Positions 54,777 through 62,050 of a stretch of 62,050 bases of DNA are shown here, in pieces. How positions within the stretch are numbered: the stretch's first letter is position 1; the number at the start of each line of letters is the position of its first letter. Made by a program: the position numbers and the translations under genes. The stretch comes from an uncultured Rhodopirellula sp. (GTDB lineage Bacteria > Planctomycetota > Planctomycetia > Pirellulales > Pirellulaceae), in contig CAXGAI010000025.1 in the NCBI GenBank assembly GCA_964007735.1, positions 1 through 62,050 of the forward strand, in the 5' to 3' direction. The notes beneath the pieces were generated by a model. The model was not told the DNA's origin. It made no database searches and saw only the letters and a program-made list of their open reading frames with translations.

Positions 54777-56243
54777 ATGCCCAATATTGTTTTTGCTGAA
54801 ATGCGACAGGAAACGGCTTCGTTCAATCCATTTCCAACAGATTATGCGATGTTCCGGCAAATGCATGGCGCGCAGATGATTGAAAAGTATCAGGGAACAA
54901 AAACTGAGATTTCCGGCTTTATGGATGTGATGGCTGGGAAAGAGGGTATCCAGCTTATACCGGCGATGAGTGCGGCCAGTGTTTCCGGGGGAGCCGTTCC
55001 AACGGAAGATTTACAACGCCTCATTAATGAGATCGCTTTGTCGATTGCGTCGGTTGTAAATGAGAATGAAATCGACGCAGTCTATATGTGTCTGCACGGT
55101 GCCATGGCAGGTGAAACGGAAGGAGATCCGGAAGGCTTGCTGCTTGCTAAAGTGCGGGAACTTGTTGGCGGTGTCCCTTTGGTGGCCAGCATCGACCTGC
55201 ATGCCGTGCTTACGGACCGAATGTTGGAATTGATTGACATCGTTGTACCATTCCATACTTATCCCCATGTCGATCAGTACGAGACCGGACAGCGAGCAGC
55301 TAATTGTTTGTTGAGATTGATGGCCGGCGATACGAAACCTGAAACAGTCACGGTGAAATTGCCGTTGCTGGTACGCGGGGATGAATTGATTACAGCGACC
55401 GGTAAATACGGTGAGGCGATACGGCTTTGCCAGGAAATTGAAGCCTCGGAAACCGGGTTGTCGGCAGGCGTGAACATCGGCAATGCGTTTACTGATGTTC
55501 CGGAGCTGAGAACCAATATTCTTGTCGTCCGTGATGGTGACCGCATACAGGCTGAAGAGGACGCCCGGCGAATCGCTCGATTTATGTGGGAACACCGACA
55601 GCTATTCAAAGCGGATTTGATTTCGGTAGAGGCCTCGATTGACGTTGCGCGGCAAACAAACGGGTTGACTGTCTTCTCGGATGCTGCGGATGCGACCGCG
55701 AGTGGTGCTTCAGGTGATAGCAATGAAATTCTTAGGGCTTTGGTGAGATCGGACTTTGAGCGAAAGTGCCTGATACCCATTGTCGACGCGTCTGCAGTAG
55801 CGAAAGCGGTAGAGTGCGGCGAAGGGGGGCAGGTGAAACTGACGCTGGGAGGAACGCTGGATCCGGGCAGGTTTACTCCGATTGAATTAGAAGTCAATGT
55901 GCTGCGTATTTATGATGGCCATTTTACCTATGAAAATGGATTGCCAGGGTATGGCGGTCAGGTGGTTATATTGCGCCATCAGAATATCGACATACTTGTC
56001 GTTGAACGAAGCCTGTATTTCGTGGGGCAGAAGGTGTTTTCCAGTCATGGTTGTGAGCCGGTAGACTACGCCATCGTCGTGGTCAAATCACCCAACGGAT
56101 TTAGACCGTATTACGAAAATATCGCAGCACAGATTTGTGCGGTGGACGTGATTGGATCGACCAGTGCTAACCTGAGTAGCCTGCCTTATGAAAATGTCGT
56201 TCGTCCGGTTTTTCCCTTAGATGATGTGAACTTGGAATTTTAG
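54777..56243 (+). CDS. M81 family (MlrC-like) metallohydrolase
   Basis: QET.SF, LHGAM, D.EG.L, DLHA, TYPH.D, DAAD...GA.GD, VVKS. Confidence 0.88.
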   Translation: MPNIVFAEMRQETASFNPFPTDYAMFRQMHGAQMIEKYQGTKTEISGFMDVMAGKEGIQLIPAMSAASVSGGAVPTEDLQRLINEIALSIASVVNENEIDAVYMCLHGAMAGETEGDPEGLLLAKVRELVGGVPLVASIDLHAVLTDRMLELIDIVVPFHTYPHVDQYETGQRAANCLLRLMAGDTKPETVTVKLPLLVRGDELITATGKYGEAIRLCQEIEASETGLSAGVNIGNAFTDVPELRTNILVVRDGDRIQAEEDARRIARFMWEHRQLFKADLISVEASIDVARQTNGLTVFSDAADATASGASGDSNEILRALVRSDFERKCLIPIVDASAVAKAVECGEGGQVKLTLGGTLDPGRFTPIELEVNVLRIYDGHFTYENGLPGYGGQVVILRHQNIDILVVERSLYFVGQKVFSSHGCEPVDYAIVVVKSPNGFRPYYENIAAQICAVDVIGSTSANLSSLPYENVVRPVFPLDDVNLEF

Positions 56244-56251
56244 GTGTTTCA

Positions 56252-57370
56252 ATGAAGATAACAGCCGTAGAACCAATCCATTTGCGGGTCCCTGTGGTGG
56301 AAGCCCTTCCTGACGGGACACTTGATGTCCTGATTGTCAAAATTCATACGGATGAAGGTCTAACCGGTATTGGTGAAGTGACAAGTCAGTCCTACGTCTG
56401 CAAGGCCTGCTTTGATGCCCCCCGAAGTGCCGCCCGTCGTCACGGATTAACGTCGATTTTGGTTGGAGAAGATCCACGTGATGTCGAAGGGCTATGGGAA
56501 AAAATGTATTACGAGACCAATCGTTACGGACGGCGTGGAGCCGGAATCCATGCGATGAGCGGTGCTGATATTGCCCTTTGGGACTTGAAAGGAAAAATTG
56601 AAGGGAAGCCGGTCTCAGAGTTACTTGGAGGAAGACTGAGGGATGATGTGCGGGCTTATGCAAGTGTTTTGTTTGCAGACACGCCTGAAGAAACCGCAGC
56701 GATGGCAAAAGAATATGTTGAGATGGGATTGACGGCGGTGAAGTTTGGCTGGGGACCCATCGGACCGGATCCGGATGTGGATGTCGCTCATGTGGCTGCA
56801 GCACGGGAAGCCGTGGGTTGGGAGCGGGATTTAATGGTCGACGCCGGTCATGCCTGGGATTGGGAAACAGCATTGAGTCGCACGGAACTATTTAAACCGT
56901 TTGAGATTGCCTGGCTGGAAGAGCCTGTGGGGCAGGATGACCGCAAGGGATACGCCGAGCTATGTAAACGCAGTGAAATTCCCATTGCCGGTGGTGAAGG
57001 CGATGTTACCCATTGGGATTTTGAAGACCTGATTGAACGTGGGCTCGATATTGTCCAGCCCGACATTGCCTTTTGTGGAGGGATCACGGTTTGTAAACGC
57101 GTGTCTGACATGACCACGGCCCATGGTCGTAAGGCGGTTCCTCACTGCTTCAGCACAGGCATCAATCTTGCTGCCAGCCTCCATTGGATCTCCACGGTGC
57201 CGGATGGTGATTTAGTCGAGTATTGTCTGCGGCCAAGCCCGCTGATGAGAAAGCTGGTCGCTAATTTACCGCCGGTAATTGATGGTCGGGTGCCGGTACC
57301 GGCCGGCCCGGGGCTGGGGATCGAATTAGACCCGGCCATTGAAGAAGAATTTACGGTTCGTTATGACTGA
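56252..57370 (+). CDS. Mandelate racemase/muconate lactonising (enolase superfamily) enzyme, probable sugar-acid dehydratase
   Basis: DIALWDLKGK..G.PV..LLGG, LMVDA (Asp), WLEEP (Glu), AGGE (Glu), QPD, VPH (His), VP.GPGLG. Confidence 0.9.
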   Translation: MKITAVEPIHLRVPVVEALPDGTLDVLIVKIHTDEGLTGIGEVTSQSYVCKACFDAPRSAARRHGLTSILVGEDPRDVEGLWEKMYYETNRYGRRGAGIHAMSGADIALWDLKGKIEGKPVSELLGGRLRDDVRAYASVLFADTPEETAAMAKEYVEMGLTAVKFGWGPIGPDPDVDVAHVAAAREAVGWERDLMVDAGHAWDWETALSRTELFKPFEIAWLEEPVGQDDRKGYAELCKRSEIPIAGGEGDVTHWDFEDLIERGLDIVQPDIAFCGGITVCKRVSDMTTAHGRKAVPHCFSTGINLAASLHWISTVPDGDLVEYCLRPSPLMRKLVANLPPVIDGRVPVPAGPGLGIELDPAIEEEFTVRYD

Positions 57371-58766
57371 AGCCCCGACCAATGTTAGACGTAAGGTGTT
57401 GTGGCTCGGCTTTGGTTTGTCGTGGCTTTTGTATGTCCACCGATATGTTTTTGCATTGATTAAGACGGATCTCAAAGAAGAGTTCGCGAAATTCGGTATA
57501 CCTGAAGCCGATCATAACGAATTACTCAGTTATCTTTCAGCAGGATTTTCGGCGTCGTATGGCTTGTTTCAGGTTCCCGCCGGTATGGTGATTGACCTGT
57601 TCGGAGCCCATTTTTTTTTAACGGGCTCAGTGGTTGTATGGTCTCTTGGTTTTGGCTTGTTGGCATTGGCGCCATCGACCACGGTGATGTATGTATCCAG
57701 ATATACCCTTGGGATTGGACAATCAGGTGTGCTTGCCGGAATCGGCCGTCTGACAAAGGTTTGGTTTCCGGCTGAATCGAGATCATCGGCTCAGGGTTTA
57801 CTTGGTGTCACGGCATCCCGTAGCGGTGCATTTTGCTGCTATCTGTTTTTTCCATTGGCAATGACTTATTTGTTCGCTGATACCTGGCAGAGCGCCGTGA
57901 TTGCTTTAGCGTTGGTCGGTTTATTTTGGGCGTTTTTGTTTTACAGGCATGCTGCAAATGAACCCGCCGAACATCCTCAGTGTAATACTGCAGAAATTGC
58001 TTTGGTTCGCGGTGTCGAGGCATTCGACACGAATGCTGTATCAAAACGAATGGGCATTGGCCAACTTTTGAAAACGGCATCCGGATGGGGACTCGCCAAT
58101 GCAGTCCTAATTGCTTTGGCTGCTTCGTTTAGTACAGTTGCTGATGCATTTTACTCATCATGGATGCCCCAATTTTTAGAAGAGTCCCATGGTCTGGAGA
58201 AGAAGGTGGCCGGATTCTATTCAGCCTTGCCGCTTATCGGAGGTATGGCAGGTGGGATTATTGGTGGGTTACTGGGTGATAAGTTAGTACGGCGCAATAA
58301 TGGTTCCACAACATGGGTTCGCAGGTTTACAGGATCGCTTGGTAAAGGTGCTGGAGCTATTTTTGTTGCCGTCTCCTTACTGTTTGTTGATCAACCCTTT
58401 ATTTTTGCGCTGATTCTATGTGTTGCGAAAATCGGAGCAGATATATCATTGGCAACGCGTTGGGCTGCGGTTACCGATATTGGTGGTCCTGTGATCGCTA
58501 CGCTGTTCGCGTTAACCAATGCGGCGGCCATTGGCGCCGGTATTGTGGGCAGTCTTGTCTACGGGAGGATTGTTCCGGATGTTGCCGGAGGTGTTACTCC
58601 AGAACCGACAGCGTGGTATCCAGTCCTGTATGTTGTCATTGGGATGTATTTGCTTTGCAGTTTGACATGGTTGATTCCTGATACGTCTAAACCATTATTT
58701 CAAGACCCTTCGGAGCCCCAGTCATCTTATCCATCGTTTGAAGATAAAGAGCGCAGGGAAGATTAG
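57363..58766 (+). CDS. MFS transporter, ACS/sugar-acid-like
   Basis: About 12 hydrophobic segments; Y.LFQVPAG...D.FG, WFP.E.R..AQG, P..HP..N.AE, W.P.FL. ATG 57363 overlaps the enolase-family stop. Confidence 0.85.
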   Translation: MTEAPTNVRRKVLWLGFGLSWLLYVHRYVFALIKTDLKEEFAKFGIPEADHNELLSYLSAGFSASYGLFQVPAGMVIDLFGAHFFLTGSVVVWSLGFGLLALAPSTTVMYVSRYTLGIGQSGVLAGIGRLTKVWFPAESRSSAQGLLGVTASRSGAFCCYLFFPLAMTYLFADTWQSAVIALALVGLFWAFLFYRHAANEPAEHPQCNTAEIALVRGVEAFDTNAVSKRMGIGQLLKTASGWGLANAVLIALAASFSTVADAFYSSWMPQFLEESHGLEKKVAGFYSALPLIGGMAGGIIGGLLGDKLVRRNNGSTTWVRRFTGSLGKGAGAIFVAVSLLFVDQPFIFALILCVAKIGADISLATRWAAVTDIGGPVIATLFALTNAAAIGAGIVGSLVYGRIVPDVAGGVTPEPTAWYPVLYVVIGMYLLCSLTWLIPDTSKPLFQDPSEPQSSYPSFEDKERRED

Positions 58767-59908
58767 GCCAGGCGGTTGGAGTTGAGGTGTAGCTTTCCGC
58801 GACGAACGATTCCTGTAGCCGTTAGTTTGCTGCCGCCAATTCTGATTTGGTTATAGCTGTCGGTGAAGTTGAATTGGCCTGTGTGTTGTTCCAGCAGTGT
58901 AATGTCGGCCACCGTACCGGGTTTGAGAGTACCAAGCTCCCCTGCTCTGCCTAGTACTTGCGCGGGTTGGGTCGTGGACATGTCGATGACATCGTCGATT
59001 GAAAGTCCAAGATGCAGGAATTTGGACATGGTCGTGGGCATGTCGAACACGGGGCCGTGAAGATTCATTTGATGCAGGTCTGTGCTGATGCAGTTTGGAA
59101 TGAATCCCTGAGCAATCGCGGTCGCTGCAATGTCCCAGTTGAAGCTGCCAAAACCGTGACCTATATCGAAGATGATACCCTTCTTTTTGGCTGCAATTAA
59201 TTCAGGGTATACCTGATTGTCTTCGTTAAGCACGGTGGTGGAACCACCTTTGAAGCAGTGCGTGATGCAATCACCGGGTTGCAGGTGAGGAATCATCTCC
59301 GGTAAAGTCATCGGGCATTCACCGATATGGATCATGAGCCATGTGTCTGAATCACGCGCCGCCTTTACCGCTTTGAGAAAGTTGTCCCATCCCTGTTGTC
59401 CGGAACCGATGATGTGTGCACTTGCGCGAATCTTGACGCCCACGGCTTTACCCGGAAATCGGCGAATGGTTTCCACAACACCTTCGGGATCTGCGTAACG
59501 GTCGTCCATAAGCTCTCCGTAGTTTGCGGCGACCAGACCAATGCAGGACAGGTTCACTAGACCTAGTACTTCGGTTTCGACGCGGTCGATGACATCATGC
59601 TTGAAGCCTGCAAAGTTGTAGCTTCCTGCACTCCCGGCGTCGAGTACTGTGGTAACGCCGCCGGCCAGCGAGGTGGCGTCTGCATCGATACTCAAAGGTA
59701 CATGTCTCTTGTAGACATGGGCATGGAGGTCGATCAGACCTGGGGTGATTATTAAGCCGGACACATCGATGGTTTTCGAGGCGCTGTACGAGCCTGATTC
59801 TGAAAGATCAGCGATGGTGCCGCCGACAATACCCAGATCACGGATTTCGTGGAGGTTTTGTGAGGGATCAACAACGGTTCCGCCGGTGAGAAGTAGATCG
59901 AGTTGCAT
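58763..59908 (-). CDS. Amidohydrolase/deacetylase family metallohydrolase (COG3964, EF_0837/Atu3266-like)
   Basis: PGLIDLHAHV, GVTTVLDAGSAG, GVKIRAS (Lys), IHIG, ITHCF, DIGHG.GSF, ISTDLH. ORF opens at 59920. Confidence 0.88.
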   Translation of the reverse strand: MQLDLLLTGGTVVDPSQNLHEIRDLGIVGGTIADLSESGSYSASKTIDVSGLIITPGLIDLHAHVYKRHVPLSIDADATSLAGGVTTVLDAGSAGSYNFAGFKHDVIDRVETEVLGLVNLSCIGLVAANYGELMDDRYADPEGVVETIRRFPGKAVGVKIRASAHIIGSGQQGWDNFLKAVKAARDSDTWLMIHIGECPMTLPEMIPHLQPGDCITHCFKGGSTTVLNEDNQVYPELIAAKKKGIIFDIGHGFGSFNWDIAATAIAQGFIPNCISTDLHQMNLHGPVFDMPTTMSKFLHLGLSIDDVIDMSTTQPAQVLGRAGELGTLKPGTVADITLLEQHTGQFNFTDSYNQIRIGGSKLTATGIVRRGKLHLNSNRLA

Positions 59909-59942
59909 GATCGTTTCCAAAGCGAGAAGGTTAGTAAGGAAG

Positions 59943-59948
59943 TATAAT
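59943..59948 (+). promoter_or_regulatory. Candidate -10 element (TATAAT) for the PLP enzyme gene
   Basis: Perfect TATAAT 46 nt upstream of ATG 59995, followed by a GAGG RBS. Confidence 0.4.
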
Positions 59949-59994
59949 GAACTTGTGCAATGGTTATTGTCACTGATTAGAGGATGGTATTCAA

Positions 59995-61113
59995 ATGACG
60001 AGTCTACACGACAAATATGGCCTGCGTCGGATTATCAATGCTTGCGGGAAGATGACATCGCTTAGCGGAGCGAAGGTGTTGCCAGAGATCGCCGCGCAGG
60101 CTAGCGCCAGTCTCGGTGAATTTTACGATCTTGATGAATTGCAGGCGGCGGCTGGCAAGGTGATCAGTCGGGTGACTGGAGCAGAATCCGGATGTGTAAC
60201 AGCCTGTACTGCAGCCGGTCTGACAGAATCGGTAGCTGCCTGTCTTACCGGAAACGATCTCGCCAAAGTGTTGAAGCTTCCGGATTGCCGATGGGGTACA
60301 AGTAAAGTCGTTATTCAAAAGGGGCATTGCGTCAATTATGGTTCGCCGGTCACACAGAATATCAGAATGGCGGGGGCGGAAGTTGTCGAGGTGGGGGAAG
60401 TCAACCGCACGTTGCCCGAGCATGTTCAACATGAACTGGAAGCAGGCGGTGTGGCGGCAGTGATGCATGTGGAGTCACACCATACAGTTCAGAAGGGAAT
60501 GTTGGATTTAGCGGCTGTTGTGGAACTGGCGCATAAGTATGATGTACCGGTGATTGTCGACGGCGCGGCTCAGGATCAGCGGATTCGTTCGATGATTGAA
60601 ATGGGAGTGGATTTGATAGTGGTCAGTGCACATAAGTACCTATGCAGTACGACGGGTGGAATTGTTGCTGGCAGGAAAGAACTGGTGGATGCGGTCTATT
60701 TGCAGAATCGTGGTATTGGCCGGTCGATGAAAGCTGGCAAAGAGGCAATTTTTGGAGCGATGGCCGCTCTGGAGTATCGTGAGCAGGAGGATATGGTCGC
60801 CTGGACAGCCGAGCAGGATCGAAAGGTTGCATTGGTGCTTGAATTGCTAAAGGGGATTGATGGGCTGGCATTGGGGGCGGATGCTGATCCTAATGGCTGT
60901 CCGTTTTCCCGCGCGAAGGTCACGCCTGATCCGGAAGTTTGTGGCTTGGACGTGTTTGAGTTGAATCGACGCATGGCCGAAGGAGATCCATCGGTCCGTT
61001 TGCGAGCACATCATGCCAATGAGGGCTATTTATATATAGACTCAATAGAGTTGGAAGACGAAGAAGTTCGGTTGGTGTGTGAACGTATCCGCGACCTGCT
61101 GAGCAAAAAATGA
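59995..61113 (+). CDS. SelA-related PLP-dependent enzyme (DgaE, D-glucosaminate-6-P ammonia-lyase-like)
   Basis: IINACGKMTSL, TGAE...VT..TAAG, QKGH.VNYG, VPVIVDGAA, SAHK (PLP Lys), GIGR.MK.GKE; 372 aa, lacking the SelA N-terminal domain. Confidence 0.85.
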   Translation: MTSLHDKYGLRRIINACGKMTSLSGAKVLPEIAAQASASLGEFYDLDELQAAAGKVISRVTGAESGCVTACTAAGLTESVAACLTGNDLAKVLKLPDCRWGTSKVVIQKGHCVNYGSPVTQNIRMAGAEVVEVGEVNRTLPEHVQHELEAGGVAAVMHVESHHTVQKGMLDLAAVVELAHKYDVPVIVDGAAQDQRIRSMIEMGVDLIVVSAHKYLCSTTGGIVAGRKELVDAVYLQNRGIGRSMKAGKEAIFGAMAALEYREQEDMVAWTAEQDRKVALVLELLKGIDGLALGADADPNGCPFSRAKVTPDPEVCGLDVFELNRRMAEGDPSVRLRAHHANEGYLYIDSIELEDEEVRLVCERIRDLLSKK

Positions 61114-61120
61114 CAGGCCA

Positions 61121-61876
61121 TTATGGGTTTTTGAACTGCGGTACTTTGATGCGGGTATTACCTGGTACTTCGTTTTTCCATCGCGGTTGTCGGGCATATT
61201 CTTTATTGCCTGACTGACTAAATTGGCGAGGTGCTTCTCCACCGCGTTTGCTAGCTTCGCGGGCACGATATTCGGGGTAGGCATGAATCTCCGGACTGTT
61301 TCCTCCGGTTCCGTAGAGCCGCATTCGGAATTCGTTCTCAGCATGATATTGATCAGTATTTGCCCAGATCCCTCTTCGGCGGTTCATGGCTTCCCACTGT
61401 GACATAATATAGGGATAGCCAAAAGAAAATCGGTAGTCGTCTTTTGCCCATCCCGAGGCGACCATAGCCTGGTTAATAGCCGTGGGGTTGCGTCCGGCGC
61501 GAACCACGGCAATGAAATGAGACGCGGTGCGATTGATTTGACGGTTGCGGTTAATTTCGACCTGAATATTTAGGTATTGGTTGTTTAGGTATCGCTTTAG
61601 CTGGGTACGTGATTGTTGCCAGAAAGGGTGGTTTTGAGACCTTTCCGGGCAGTCAATTCCGGCGAGTTGAACGGAGATAATACCAGTCCGGTATTCGGGC
61701 GGAGTCAGATAGGGCTCGAGGAATTGTCTGGAGGTTTCTGCGAGACGAACCGTAAACGAGTCACCATCCCAGACTTCGATAGCCTGGCCGGAGAACATAA
61801 GAAAGTCTTCTGCCTGTGTATTGTTTATGACGGTAAACAGGAAGAGCAGTACGGCGATTCTAATGCGGTTTTTCAT
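61121..61876 (-). CDS. Thermonuclease (SNase)-family secreted protein, degenerate active site
   Basis: Signal peptide; V.DGDSF, V.LAGID.PE, QP/HPF, N..MV..GWA, A...RRGIW. Confidence 0.75.
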   Translation of the reverse strand: MKNRIRIAVLLFLFTVINNTQAEDFLMFSGQAIEVWDGDSFTVRLAETSRQFLEPYLTPPEYRTGIISVQLAGIDCPERSQNHPFWQQSRTQLKRYLNNQYLNIQVEINRNRQINRTASHFIAVVRAGRNPTAINQAMVASGWAKDDYRFSFGYPYIMSQWEAMNRRRGIWANTDQYHAENEFRMRLYGTGGNSPEIHAYPEYRAREASKRGGEAPRQFSQSGNKEYARQPRWKNEVPGNTRIKVPQFKNP

Positions 61877-61933
61877 AGTGATTCTATTATAGTTCTAAAA
61901 CTGCGAAAACAGTCAAAGAATTGGGTAGTCGGC

Positions 61934-61961
61934 TTGCCGATAAGATAAATCGTATTAGAAT
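61934..61961 (+). promoter_or_regulatory. sigma70 promoter of tRNA-Val (TTGCCG-N16-TAGAAT)
   Basis: -35 TTGCCG at 61934-39 and -10 TAGAAT at 61956-61, 13 nt before the tRNA 5' end. Confidence 0.55.
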
Positions 61962-61974
61962 ACAAAGACTATTG

Positions 61975-62050
<76 letters not shown>

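Noticed and set aside
54777..56243. Microcystin degradation (mlr) cluster
   Set aside because: No mlrA/mlrB/mlrD-like neighbours; M81 is a broad family.
58763..59908. Dihydroorotase pyrC
   Set aside because: Motifs (KIRAS, DIGHG.GSF, ISTDLH) and the neighbourhood fit COG3964; no pyr genes nearby.
59995..61113. Selenocysteine synthase selA / selenoprotein system
   Set aside because: Too short, DgaE-like motifs, and no selB/selC/selD or in-frame UGA evidence in the window.

Overview
62-kb chromosomal segment, most likely from a planctomycete (Planctomycetota). Evidence: roughly 50% GC by eye, tightly packed genes, and family content dominated by PVC-type domains. No transposase, integrase, prophage gene, CRISPR array or rRNA was seen. 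The left 40 kb is a dense array of exported, functionally uncharacterised modules. It holds seven Tat-signal DUF1501 proteins, three DUF1549/DUF1553 (PSCyt2/PSD1) c-type cytochromes and two DUF1592/DUF1552 pairs, interleaved with a GH33-like sialidase, an SGNH esterase, a ThuA-like protein, a luciferase-like monooxygenase, a PPC-domain protein and an HEXXH protein. One DUF1501 and one PSD1 cytochrome carry inserted NPCBM/NEW2-like sugar-binding domains, the latter circularly permuted. This suggests a periplasmic glycan-targeting metalloenzyme plus cytochrome system, which is the best candidate for an undescribed system here. The right part holds a divergent mmsA / hydroxyacid-oxoacid transhydrogenase pair, two sulfatases (one fused to a VHL-beta-like domain), rlmKL, an RND pump with unusual insertions, an EF-hand-containing beta-propeller and a CNNM protein. 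It ends with a putative amino-sugar-acid catabolic cluster (M81, enolase family, MFS, amidohydrolase, DgaE/SelA-like PLP enzyme), a degenerate thermonuclease and tRNA-Val(TAC). All domain calls are motif recognition by eye; no searches were run.
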